Assembly: GCA_973895155.1 (NCBI GenBank)
Contig: OZ316892.1
Span: 2,173,223-2,237,222 of the forward strand
Origin: Marsupella aquatica
Lineage: Eukaryota; Plantae; Marchantiophyta
DNA length: 64,000 nucleotides
Direction: 5' to 3'
The notes under the pieces are model-generated. The model was not told the DNA's origin and searched no databases. It was given only the letters and a program-made list of their open reading frames with translations. The stretch's first letter is position 1. The number at the start of each line of letters is the position of its first letter. The translations under genes and the position numbers were made by a program. Shown here in pieces: positions 1-12,497 of the stretch.

Positions 1-45
1 TGGCCGACATGACATCTTTTGTGCAACGCACGGGTATTGAGCTAG
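1..45 (+). mobile_element. 3' end of a Helitron (rest lies left of the window)
   Basis: Subterminal hairpin gtgcaacgcac(ggg) followed about 8 nt later by CTAG (42-45) and then T, the canonical Helitron 3' terminus. Confidence 0.6.
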
Positions 46-379
46 TATATATGTTCTAAACTATAATACACTGTTGCACCCTTTTTTGCCCTCGTCCATT
101 TTTGCCGTGGTCGTCTTTCAAAAATGGAATGCCAACCAAAAAGGTAATCAATAAACAGAAGGGATAGATAAAACCAAAAGTAAATTAAATATAGAGTGTA
201 TCAAAAGGACAATAATTAAATCTTTTCACACAAATTCTAAACTATAATACACTGTTGCGCCCCTTCATGGTCGTCAAAGGGGTTGCTAAAAAATTAATCC
301 AAACTCTGAAAATAGTATGATTAATTGTTCTTCTCAAGTGAACATGAAAATCCTTTTGAGCCAGAGACACTAAGGTACC

Positions 380-1190
380 AGTCTGAGAGATGCGACTGCT
401 CAGGTTGTCTTGGGCTCTTTGGTATGCGTGCGGCGGGAGGTGGTACTCGAGTTACCTAGCTGGTCCTCGAGTTACCTAGCTGGTCCTCCATCATAGCAGT
501 TACGGGTGGATTTTACCATGGTCTGTGAGGGTCAACGTACTTTGGCAAATGTAGTGGTGACAAACCCATTGTGCCAAGACATCATTGGGATAGCGACAAC
601 AATGGCAGGGGCAGCAACGTCACGTGCGGCAACAAATGAATGAAAGAGGCCAAATATGCTGCACGAGCTTCATCGGATAGTTTCCTCCCCCTTGCTCTTG
701 ATATACTTGGGCGTCTTCATCATCAGTTTGACAGGCTTCTTCGACAAGCTGCACAGGATGTTCAAGGCTGGATGGGTCCTGCCGGACCCCCACTATTTGT
801 TTCGACCATGCACGTTTGCCAATGCATTTCAGTCACCTTACAACGTGCTCAAGCTTGGGCCATCTATTGTCGATCTGTTACAGTAGGTGCTAGTGTGCCC
901 CCGCAGCGGCTAGGTCCTCTAGAGGACGTTCCTATCCCACTTGCCAATTTAATTTTGACACTTGATGTGGACCATTAGCTTTTTGCCACATTTGCTAGGA
1001 ATGATCATGACCTCGGTCAGTCTGGGTTAGTTTTAGTTCATGTTTCTTGGTTTTTAGGGGTTCCCTATTGTTCACTTCTTAGTTTTAGTTCTTCTTTGTT
1101 GGTTTTTATGGGTTCCCTATTGCTCACTTCTTAGTTTTAGTTCTTCTTTCTTGGTTTTTAGGGACCGTTCCCTATTGCTCATTTCTTTTA
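380..1190 (+). mobile_element. 5'-truncated, decayed RLE-type (CRE-like) non-LTR retrotransposon 3' fragment
   Basis: Homologous to the ORF at 28533-29267 (KEAKY..SDSFLPLAL..GRLHHQFD..QRAQA..LDVDH). Has a 21-bp internal duplication (~446-487) and a stop near 637. The 3' tail is about 3 T-rich repeats (~1030-1190). It interrupts the host repeat gagacacta|...gacaaactatttcacc, whose empty site is at 2036-2065. Confidence 0.7.
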
Positions 1191-2170
1191 TGACAAACTA
1201 TTTCACCTTTTTGGGAGCAATCTTCACTCACAGTCTTAATTAAGTACCTCAAAGACTATTTGTTTTTTTTCCATTTATCTAGATATGATAGTCTTAAAAC
1301 TTTTTTATTACCATTTGGGCGAGCATTTGGGTTGGAGGCAAGTAAGGGCTGCTTTTTAAAGGACTTTTGCACATGCAAGCCAGCCCTAAGCATGGGGTCA
1401 TTTTCTCCAATTCTGCATGTCCTTTGGAGATGTACGAGTCCTGAGCATGCAGCAAACCTAAGTATACGGCACATAGGCTGTTCTAGTCAACATGAGGGTA
1501 GGGCCCAACTTATTTTTTAAGGTTTTTAAATTATTTTAGCCAGGGTCTGGGCCAGGGTGACTAATGTTGGCTTCTCTAAGGGAGTAGATTCTAGGAATAT
1601 TCTCTATCAGCTAGATTTTACGAAATTAAATCACTCTCAAATATCCCTAGATTTGAGGAGTACCTTTAGATTCTGGTGAATGGGGTTTATGATTTCGTGA
1701 AAAAATGGCTTATGGTGTTTAAAAAATCTAAGGAATATTAGCCAAAAGTGGCCAACATTTTTTGGGAAGGTGGAATTGGCTGAAATTCACACCTAAAAAA
1801 TAAGCTGGTAGGGCCTCTCTATGCTAAAAATTGAAATCACTAGAAGACAAACTATTTCACCTTTTTTGGAGCAGCCTTGATACTCCTAATTAAGTACCTC
1901 AAAGAATATTTATTTTTCCATTTATCTAGGTGTGATAGTATTAAAATATTTTTATTCCCATTTGGAGGAGATGGTTTAAAGTTGGAGCGACCCTTGATTA
2001 ATTATTCTTCTCTTCATGGGAATCCTTTTGAGCCTGAGACACTACAAGACAAATTATTTCACCTTTTTGGGATTAATATTCCCACCTTTATGTACCTTAA
2101 AGAATATTTCTTTTCTCATTTATCTACAGACAAAGGCCTTTTTGCTACCATATATTTGGGGGAGATTGCT
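1191..2170. repeat. Dispersed/tandem AT-rich ~130-200 bp repeat
   Basis: Motif gacaaactatttcacctttttggga...aagtacctcaaagaatatt...catttatcta recurs at ~1191, 1845, 2047, 10825, 19990, 26022 and 26222. Confidence 0.7.
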
Positions 2171-3298
2171 TACACTTGGAGCAACCCTATGGCTTAGCAC
2201 TCTTTCCAACTCCAGCAAGCTAGCCAGCTAGGCCTTCTGGTCCCTCGATCCTCTATAGCACCCAGAACTGAGAATTAGTTTTCCAGCTGCCCAGAACCAT
2301 TGTAAGTGGCCTCACCTTAGGAAATGACATAGAGCCTAGAGAGGCATGACTTTGTGGTAGCTCACTTGAATAAAGATTGATAGGTCTTGGGTCCAAGAGT
2401 TGTGGCTGCCACACACTTCCTGACTATTGTGACTGACATTTTCTGACTATTGTGGCTTCCCTTTCTGTGGGGTTTCACGCATTTCCCCTTTGAAAAGAAA
2501 GAAAAAGGAAAATAATGACATACCATGTTGAACATGTTTTTGGTTTTGTTTCAAAGTGACCCATTAAAGGTTTGTAATTAACTCTATCTTTTAGACCAGA
2601 TTGTTAGGTTACAAGGTAAATATTAATGGAAAATGTGGATATACATAATTTGACTTGAAAAAGGTACGTACTAGACTAGATCCATTGATAATGGGTCACA
2701 TAAGTCGTGTACTCAAAGGATATTAACTTAGTTTTTAAACTTCTTGAAACGAAATGGAGTATGATGATAAATATATATGTTAATATCACCTTTATCCAAA
2801 ATGGATGTCCCAACAAAGTACCATTTCAAGGCGCTAGAAACCACAAGTGCTGAAAACCAGTATTGTACCAACAAAAACCAAAACTAAATAGCACCGTAAT
2901 TCAGCTAGAAATGAAGGCTGTCAGTCTGTTGATGAGGAAATCTGAGGAGAGTCGAAGCATTTCTCCACAAATGCCATTCAAAAGCTACGGGTTACCGCTA
3001 GTTATCATTAAAATAAGATTTTTTTTGAAATTGTGGAACAAATTGGCATGCTAGAAGGAGAAATTGAAATGTGTAAAAAGGGGGAGGTATTGGACACTTA
3101 GGGCAAGTTGTGGTTGAAGGAACGAGAGGAGCCCATGACGCCTAACGCAACTCTATATATACAACCTTTGCTTACTTACCCCACCTCCTTTTATTACCTG
3201 TTTGTCCTTCCATATGCAATGCCACAAAATCCATGATCTTCCGCCAACTACCGCACCTAGAGTCATGGCACGGCTAGTTGTGAGATCTTCGTGTATAT

Positions 3299-5889
3299 CT
3301 AGTAGTCGAAGGTACACGAGGCACGTAAGAACCCAACCCGGCTCTTCTCCAGGTCATACTCAACAAGGAAGTTCTGCTGCGTAATACTGCCGATGACATT
3401 CATGCTGGCAGTAGTACTTTGAATGGTGAACTGGTAGAGATTATCCGAGAGAGGTTGGACCACATTGTCCTTGGGTAGGAACACTTCGATTTCTTCCTGC
3501 CGTTCACCCTACAATACGGATAGCACCACAAAACCATTTCAATTAATCGTACCGCACTCCATTGAATTTGCGAAATGTAGCCAGGTGAGCAGCTAAAACT
3601 GTCGTAAAGTAATCTATGTCCGACACAGTTATACAACCATGATCAGTTATGCATTGGGTAAACTAACTCTCCAAGCGGATTCTCTCACACTGCAGGGACG
3701 AGGTGAATCTGAGATTATAGACCTTCGATCATGAGTTGGAACTGTTAGACATTCTACGACAACACTTGGTCAATGAAATACTCACGTGAGCATGCTTAGA
3801 CTGCCACTTTTGGAAGATGAAGCTGACGGTAGGGAACAGATATCCGTCAAAGACATCCCTGGTGATATTAAGATACAAAGTATCGTCCAAACTTGATATT
3901 GGTTTTAATGGTGCCAATGTCCTGATTTCGTACGAATAGGCCTCCACAAACATAGAAAAGTAAGGCTCCCGAAGTATGGTCAGTGTCGTGCCAGAATCAA
4001 TTATGGTCATAATTTGATTGAGTTGTACTGATTCCAGGGTGAGCTCCTGAGGATCGATTGAAATGCGAGTTCCTGCCACTGTGATGGCAGTCATGTTCAG
4101 GGCGTAGTATGCATTCACAGGGTTTGGGACAATAGGAGTCCACAGGGTTTTGGACTTGTGTAGGTGTTTGGTAGACGAAAAGAGGGAGTCGGTTTCAGAC
4201 TCGTCGATCTCCCCAAACGACAGGAAACTTGTGGTACTATATTCCGCTGCTGCGTCCGGGAAGCAGTACCTGCATATCCGATCCATCAGTAGACCAAATG
4301 CTCAATTAATTATAAGATTAGCTTGAATGCCCACAGCAAAACAGTAAACATGCAGCCACTGAAATCCAGAGCAATCTTGAACATATTCGACCGGAAATTG
4401 GACTGGAAGAGTCTTCGAATCAAGGCAAGTAGATCCAAATGAAGCTAGATTTTCAGTCCTACTTAGTCAGATGTATCAATCTATCCAGCTAACGGTAAAT
4501 CTGCATGATAATGTACTTAGAAGTTGGTCTCTTGAAACGGTTACTTCTTCTCCAGAATAGAACCTGAACGGGTTATCCAGTGTGGTGCATGCGTAAACTC
4601 GGGCTTCTGCATGGGAGTAGACTGGAAGGGACTAGCTTCTGTTGTAAGTTTTTGTTGATAATCTGGTTATCAAAGATTCCCTGGTCTCTGAATTTCACGT
4701 CTTTAGAGTCTGAGCACATTCCTGACTGAGTGATTCAACCTGCAGTCACTTACCGGAATTGCTTCGAGAATTTTCTGAACCTGCCATTACTTAGCGTTTG
4801 GAGCTGTGCCAAGAATGGATATGGAGCTCCCGGTTGTGCCGGAATCAAACCGATGATTCCAGAGTATGCCCTAAAACCAGTGTTATTGAGAGTGACAACG
4901 AACTCAAACTCTGGAATGACGACCTGGTTGCCGTCTCCGGAACCAATGGTCAGCGTTTCTCTTGCTCCGTACCCGATGGCAACAACACTGCCATCACCAT
5001 ATGACATGGTCCTCTGGACATAGGAGCCGTTCACAACATCTGGCTCGAAGGTGGATGAGATAGTGGGGTCATATGTAGGCAGAATCTCAGTAAAGCACTT
5101 GATGCATTGCTTGCTTTGGGCCCAGAAATTTGCGCTTCCAGTGTCGATCTGCAGGAGCAAACTCTGTCGCAATACATACAAAGTTCCACAGTTATTATTT
5201 CGTGCCTTAATTAGATGTAAACCTTTGGGAGGATCCATGCCGGCCCGTCCACCTCCCACGGTCCCGATCCACCTATCTTCGAGCTGAATCCAATTTCATG
5301 TAAACAGGCAATGATGGGACAGCGTTCTAGCTGAACAAGCTATAGTTACTTCCAGTGAATCTAAGAATGCAAACTGTCCAACTGCCATCAGATTGTTTCT
5401 GCATCTCAAGCATCTTGAGATCGAATTGAACGTACGCGAATACAGGTGAGCTCTTACTTCGGGAACAACTTGTTGTACAAAGCCAAGAGGAATTAAGCGT
5501 ACCTGCGGGGGAGTGCCAATCTGCAGTTGCGCAAAGAATGCACCTTGATTAATGTTGATGTCAGTCACCGGGACTGTGAGTGCATCCGGCTTCCTGCGGA
5601 GCCCTCGACGAAGAGATTGCGGGATGCCCGACTGAGCGCGCTGAGAGCTGGAGTCCCTGTTCGGCCGCGGCATCCTGACCTCTCGGCGTACGATGGGGAA
5701 ACTGTTCTTTGGAACAGCGCCATAGATCTCTTTCAAGGTAGGGACGTGTTCCAGTCCCTCGTCAGATGATGCACAAACTCGCGGGGAGCTGAAAACTGAA
5801 GTGAAAGCAAGGGTGAGAACGAAGAGAGACAAGTCGCGATGGAGCCCATTCTGTTTCACCCGTATTCTGGATGCATCGGACGCACCCAT
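3299..5889 (-). CDS. Aspartic protease, peptidase A1 (nepenthesin/CDR1-like), copy 1, ~496 aa
   Basis: Exons 5889-5503, 5163-4754, 4269-3786 and 3508-3299, all GT-AG and phase-compatible. N-terminal hydrophobic signal, IGTPPQ, catalytic DTGS and DSGT, flap YGDGS, C-terminal IGSITQQNFLVEYDLEKSRVGF..C. Confidence 0.93.
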
Positions 5890-6011
5890 CTTTCTTCGTT
5901 TCAGCCGATAGCTACTCACACCTGCAGATCGATGAATGATTGATCCTTCAGCTGATGATTATCGTTGGTAGAAAATTTACGCCCTGAGCGTGATTGCATT
6001 CTGTGCTACTG

Positions 6012-6019
6012 CTCTTATA
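6012..6019 (-). promoter_or_regulatory. Putative TATA box of protease copy 1
   Basis: TATAAGAG about 125 nt upstream of the ATG, at the same position in copies 2 and 3. Copy 4 has canonical TATAAAAG at 33477-33484. Confidence 0.5.
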
Positions 6020-8756
6020 GGTGTTCCTGATCGATGTGTGCGGCTGAAGCCTAGTGTTGTAGAAAACCGCCTCACCTCTCTACTCAGCTGGATCTCGTGT
6101 TGTTTGTTTAATTAATAAATCGTTACGAGATTAGAGTGGGTCTCACTAATTGTATCCAGTTCACTTTCCCTTCAGTAAGTTAGCAGGACTTCTCTTCGAA
6201 ATGGTCAGAAGTCAGGCTAATTACGCAATGAGAAAGATGGGGAGCTGTCTAGCTAGGTTAGTGCGCTAAACACTTAGAAATGGTCAACTATCCTGCCGCG
6301 ATAGTGGGCCAAATTAGATTACTAAGGTGAGCTGTGCAACTAATAAAATTATAAATAATTTGACTTACTTTGACTTGACCATGCAAAGACTACACGTATA
6401 CAGTCAACAGTATCTATGAATATAATTATGGCAAGTCACCCTCTTGCATATTTTGAAAACCTGTGAACTTCCTTAAACGGCAAGTCATTGCCTGAGCACT
6501 TGTCACATAGCTTGTATTATCCATGGAGAGAGTTGGGGCCCAGATGTTCGACACGTTAGGTACTAAAACTATTGAAAATATGAATGGTGAGATTACGAAA
6601 TTGTCACAAAATTCATAACAACAAGAGCTATACTAGACTAGTAAGGTACAAAGGTATTTCCTAAACGAATTTTAACAAGCCCTACACAAACTGATGGGTC
6701 TCGATAACTGTACATCAAAATATGATATATACTATGTACAACACCCCTGCATATGCATACAGTGATAATACTAGTTTTTTCCTTTCAATCAATGAATGCA
6801 GTTACATTTTGATGTGTGATTACCAGCGTGTACAGATTCAGAAACTAGAAGGGTGTCAAATAAGAATTTGTAAAAGGTCTCAGGTCTAGGGGGGTTCCAA
6901 AGGGCTCGGTTCATACTGGCTTCAATTTGGACAATACCAGCTTTGGAAAACATTCTCTCCCCTGGACACGTGATGATCACCTCATCCAGAACCAGCTTCT
7001 GTAATAAATGTCTAACGTGGCCGTTTGTTGACCGGATTACCCAATCGAGGACCGTGCTTTGCATCTACGCATGGGATCATTTTCTCCAATTCTGCATGCC
7101 CTTTGGCGACGTACGAGTCCTGAGCAGCGACCCTGTACGGCACGTGGGCTATTTTTGTCAGTATGAGGGTAGGGCCTCTCTATGCCCAGATACTCCTATG
7201 GGGGCAATTCTTATCCTGTCCAATCATGATTTGGATAAAAGAGTACCAAATTATTTATAAAGTAAACGCAAAAACAAAAGTGGTCCCTAGAGGATAAACA
7301 AGGAACACAAAGAAAGGGCACGTGCATACTGCAAACTAAGCCAATGATAAGCCAATAGTGTGGTTCTGTAATGGGAGGAGTTTATTAGCGTCTTGACTAA
7401 GTCTTAAATATTGTGATTCTTTAATGGACGAGGTCTAGTGTCTTGACTAATTCTGTAATTGTGTGATTCTGTAATGATACACATCTCATAACTAAGTTTG
7501 CAAGTGGGACATGGATGCACTCGGGTACTGGACAAGGGGTGATTCAGGGGTGGATCCAAACAATTTACTAGGAGTAAGGGCCCAAGGAGAGATTAATTTT
7601 TTGAGGTGTTGGACTGCTGGAGCACATACTCATTCTATGGCCAGCAGTCCAATTTGCAAGCAATCATTTATCATACATGGGAGCTCCAAACCATTATCCA
7701 GGCCATGCGTTAAATCAATAATTAATTTTCTTGAAACCTAAGAGTTCTAGCTCGATCTAATGTGGATCATATAGTATCGATCTATCCCAAATAGATCTGT
7801 CCAGTATACAATTAATTCAAACTACAATTAGATTTTCCAATATTGTATATGACTGGGTATGTGAGGATATGCTTACTACACCCCCTTCTGGGAAAACTTT
7901 ACTTGTTCTTATAAGGTGAGTTTCTGGCTTAGAAGGACAAAACTAGGTGAATTGTGACTTGCCTTTCAACCACAAACCATGCTCAAATTCATAGTGATTC
8001 TGACTCCTTGAACTGCAGCCGGGGCTCAAACTGAACTGTAGGTGTTTCTTCATTTTAGTGCCACCAGCCTGTGCATTGACATTAGGGTTAATTCTCATGC
8101 GAATTCATTCACGTGTTTGTAAACATCATAATTCTGCATTTCTGCAATATTTCCAGTTACATCTTTTTCATCCACGCTCAAACGGGTGACGAGTTCCCTT
8201 GGATTTTCACGAGGCTCACGGACTTGTCATATTCGATTGCACAGGAAAATAAGGTACTGTTGCACAGATGGTTGAATAAGTAAATGATGTCAGTTCCTGG
8301 AACGTGTAAATGGGTGTGTAAATTGTGGAAACAATGTCAGTTCCTAGAACATCTAAACTGAGGAAATGGCGTCATGGCCTGCATAACCCTTTTGCTTGTG
8401 ATTGAGTAAATATATTTGAGCAGTTTTGTTGTTTTGACAAGGTTGACCTCAGTGTGGTACTGATGTGCACATTGAAGTACAAGATGGCAGCTGATGTAAG
8501 TGAACTAAGTCTTTGGTGTAGAGGGGATCTATGTGAGATGGACATCCCCAATTCTGATAGGCAATCATCACAAAAAGGAGCTAGGCGGGGAACAACAGGA
8601 AGACATCTGAAAAATCTGACATTAATCCTGGTTGCGAAGAGTTCTGAAGAACTTGAATCATTAATATTTCTTTGCCTTATAAAGTTCTCTTGTCTATGTT
8701 GTATGAATTGCAGTAGATATAAAACTAGTACTCTTTTAAAGTTCCATGCTGGCTTA

Positions 8757-10370
8757 CAGTCGCGGAACTCGACTACCTTAACACTTAGCTCTGGCGTCGC
8801 TGACTCCGACGTCGAGCTCCCTTATGGTCCAGGCCCGGATAGGCCATCCGGGGAGGACTTAGCATGGGGAGACTTGTGGGCAATGAGACGTGGCACTAGC
8901 GAGGCAAGGGGCCAAGCTGGGGACACACACTAGGGACTTGGACTAGCCTATGGCTGGTTGGGTCAAGGGGAAATGGGCCGGACTCAAGGGTGGCCGTCCG
9001 GACCATCGGATGGGCTTTGAGTTTTGAGGGCTTGGGAGTGAGCTCCTCTTGGGCCCAAGGCCAATGGAGTTGATGCCATTGGCAACAGACGCTTGGGGCG
9101 CAAGTTGTGGCCCAATCCGGGTTGGGCCGGTCGGGGGCCCCGAGCGGTGATCAGACCTGAGGGCCTAGGCATGAGCACTGGGTCGGCCCAGTCACAACGG
9201 GCTAAGGCACTCCGCTTGCGGATGCCTATCAAGAAAGTTATGGGCGTAGTCAGTTGGTGGCGCGCCCATTATGCGCGATGGGATCCGGGCTGGGGGCCAA
9301 ATGTTTAGGGACCAAAGCTGGTCCGGGGGTGGCAGGTCCCCAGAAGCATATTTGAGGGGAGTGGTGTGTCCCTGGGGGCTAAGGGCGAGCCGAAGTCGTG
9401 AGCCGCGGCGGTCGCGACATTAAGGGAAACCGCCAAACGGAAATGACGATATCTTCCCAACGGGAAGTCCGTTGGAGGACTTCTTGGGTTCGTTGGAAAG
9501 CTCTTAAAAAGGGCTACGCCCTCCTGAGCTCAGATGGGTCCGGGGGTGCCATGGGTGCTCGTGGTTTGCGGGTGTTAGCTCGCCCGCTTGCCAAATCCTG
9601 CCGAACAGCAGCCAAGCTGCGTTCAGCCTCCCAAGGGAGCTTGCGTTGGGGAGGCAAGGCCAAGTAGGTATGGAGGCTGAGTCCCAAGGGCGCTCGGTCC
9701 CTAGACCATCAGTGGGGCGAACCGGGAGCGGTTGTTAGAGTTGGGGCCATTATGGTCCCGGCGTGTTGAGACAAGCTCGGGACAAGCTTTAGGACAAGCT
9801 ACGCTATTTGGGCCATGAGCATGTCCTGAGGTCAGGGCGGTCAGTTGGTGATGGATAGGTATGAGGGGGAACCCGGGCCGTGCCCAAGGAAGGAGCTGTC
9901 CTGGACGGACAGTGGCGTGGGTTCTGGTTCCGGCTTATGGCATCGGGAGGACCTATCGCTGACCTATTTACCAACGTCTGTTGAGCTTGAGTTAGGATGC
10001 TAGACTTGGCGAGTTCTAGATCCGGAGGGGTCACTTACCGAGGTGTTTGGTTGCTTGTGCAGACAGTGCGGACCGTTGAGTAGCGGTCGTGTAGGTGAGC
10101 AAGTGCGGCTTCGTATGGGAGTGGCCACTGGTGGTGCTAGAGGCACTTGGATGCTTGCTTGAGGTATTCTGTGGAGGCGTTCGGGCACCAAGGGCACTTA
10201 GGCGCAAGTGCTGGGATTGGCGAGGGCGTTGGGTGGCAAGGTCCACCACTCTTACTCTTTGAGGTTCCATTCAAAGATCTTGTCCTTGACAATAATACTA
10301 CTCTCTGAAGTTCTTGCACTTGAAAGATGTTCTCCATTATGTCTTCACATTCTGGTCCCGAGTACCTACA
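8757..10370 (-). mobile_element. GC-rich decayed interspersed repeat, probably a LINE-like retroelement relic
   Basis: GC-rich block with a diverged homolog at ~58280-59320 and an identical copy at +9165. Only broken ORFs. Family assignment is inference from the A-rich tail of the 57.7-59.3 kb copy. Confidence 0.5.
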
Positions 10371-11581
10371 CAACTCTTGTCTAATAGACAGGGGTCTACA
10401 TTTTTATATGGACTAAAAGGTTTCCAAATATAGTAACATGAATGTCTTCTTTGTGGATTGCAATAGCAGGTACATGCACCACTTGGATCTCTGGATCCTT
10501 GGGGGCCTCACTCCAAGGGAGATCCCATATCACGTGCAAAGTTTTCATATAAGAAACACCCTAAAATTTAAGAAAATGAAGTAGATTTTTAGTATTTTTA
10601 AACCATAACTTTATGATATATTTTGGGAATAAATTCCCATATTTGGTATTAAAAAACCCTATAGACCTTATAACTCTCAAAATTGGATTAAAAACCCCTA
10701 TATTTTTTCAACAAACTTTTAAAGTCTTCCACGTAGACTTTAGAGATGGTTGAAAGTTGGGGCGACCCTTGATCAATTATTCTTCTCTGCATGCATGGGA
10801 ATCCTTTTGAGCCTGAGACACTACAAGAAAAATTATTTTACCTTTTTGGGAGTAATATTCACAACTTTATGTACCTTAAATAATATTTCTTTTCTCATTT
10901 ATCTACAGACGATAGTACTAAAGGCCTTTTTGTTACCATATATTTGGGGGAGATTGCTTACAGTTGGAGCAACCCTATGGCTTAGCACTCTTTCCAACTC
11001 CAGGAAGCCAGCTAGCCCTTCTGGTCCCTCGATTCTCTATAGCACCCAGAACTGAATATTAATTTTCCAGCTGCTCAGAACCATTGTAAGTGGCCTCACC
11101 TTAATTCGGAAATTACATAGCGCCCAGAGAGAGATGACTTTGTGGTAGCTCATTTGAGTAGAGACTGATGGGTCTTGGGTTCAACTGTTGTGGTTGACAT
11201 TTCCTGACTATTGTGGTTTCCCTAGTTTCTGTGAGGTCTCACATATTTCCCCTTTGAAAAAAAGAAAGAATTCAAATAAAGAAAAAGGAAATGACATAGC
11301 ATGTTGAACATGCTTCTGGTTTTGTTTCGAAGTGACCCATTGAAGGTTTTTAACTCTATCTTGTAGACCAGATTGTTAGGTTACAAGGTAAATATTAGTG
11401 GAAACTGTGGATATACATAATTTGACTTGAAAAAGGTACAAACTGTGGATATACATAATTTGACTTGAAAAAGTCAGGCTCTAGACTAGATCCATTATCA
11501 TGGGTCACATAAGTCGTGTACTCAAAGGATATTAACTTACTTTTAAACTTCTTGAAACCAAATGGAGTATGATGATAAATA

Positions 11582-12096
11582 TCTAACACTATAATAGGCA
11601 ATGCCGCCCATTATTTTTGCCAATTTCGTCCGTTGTCCCGTTACGATATTGAATTTCAGCATTGAATCAAACTTGACCGTCAGATACAAGCATCTGATTT
11701 TTTTTGTATCCGTCCGATCTTTTAATACCATCTTCAAACGAGGCAAGTAGGCAGGTGCAGTCCCGTGCGAATGCTCCCTCGCACTCCTCCCCTCCGTGCA
11801 CTCATTATGCCTAGCATCAAGGACGCGAGGGCGCGTGGCATCAAGGGCATCATGAAGGCGAGCCGGCAACAGGGTTGATGCCTCACGCATAGGGCTTCGA
11901 GCCCTCCTCGCAATTAATACTCCTCCCCTCCGTGGAGTCCATGCACTCATTATAGGGCTGCTAACGCCCTCCCCTCGCCTGGCCTTGCTGCACTAATTAT
12001 AGGGCCACGGAAACAAAGACCAGACCAGGCACAGACCAGACCAGGCACAGGCATCGGCCCTCCTTGCACAGTGCGTTTGCACCGGCATAGGGCTCG
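11582..12096 (+). mobile_element. Non-autonomous Helitron (~515 bp)
   Basis: Absent at the paralogous site (2761-2790). Inserted between A and T with no TSD. Starts TCTAACACTATAATA; ends with a gtgcgtttgcac hairpin and CTCG, a variant of CTRR. Confidence 0.7.
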
Positions 12097-12497
12097 TATG
12101 TATATATGTATATATATATATATATATCACCTTTATCCAAAATGGATGTCCCAGTACCATTTCAAGGAGCTTCAAACCACAAGTGCTGAAAACCAGTATT
12201 GTACCAACAAAAACGAAAACTAAACAGCACCGTAATTCAGCTAGAAATGAATGCTGTCAGTGTTGATGAGGAAATCCGAGGAGAGTCAGAAGCCCGTGAT
12301 TCTAACGAGAAGCACTTCTGAGTTAAGGAACGAGAGGAGCCCATGACGTCTAACGCAACTCTATACATACAATCTTTGCGTACTTACCCCACCTCGTTTT
12401 ATTATCTGTTTGTCCTTCCATGTGTAATCCATGATCTTCCGCCAACTACCGCAGCTAGAGTCATGACCGGGCTAGTTGTGAGATATTCGTGATACAT

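Noticed and set aside
54-262. Direct repeat ttctaaactataatacactgttgc at ~54 and ~235 as Helitron 5' ends
   Set aside because: Preceded by T rather than A, and no matching 3' termini were found.
4730-5769. Plus-strand ORFs recurring in each protease copy
   Set aside because: Antisense shadows of the protease exons; they recur only because the gene is duplicated.
8454-8933. 159-aa ORF (and its copy at 17619-18098) as a gene
   Set aside because: Non-ATG start, spans the junction into the GC-rich repeat, and has no recognisable domain.
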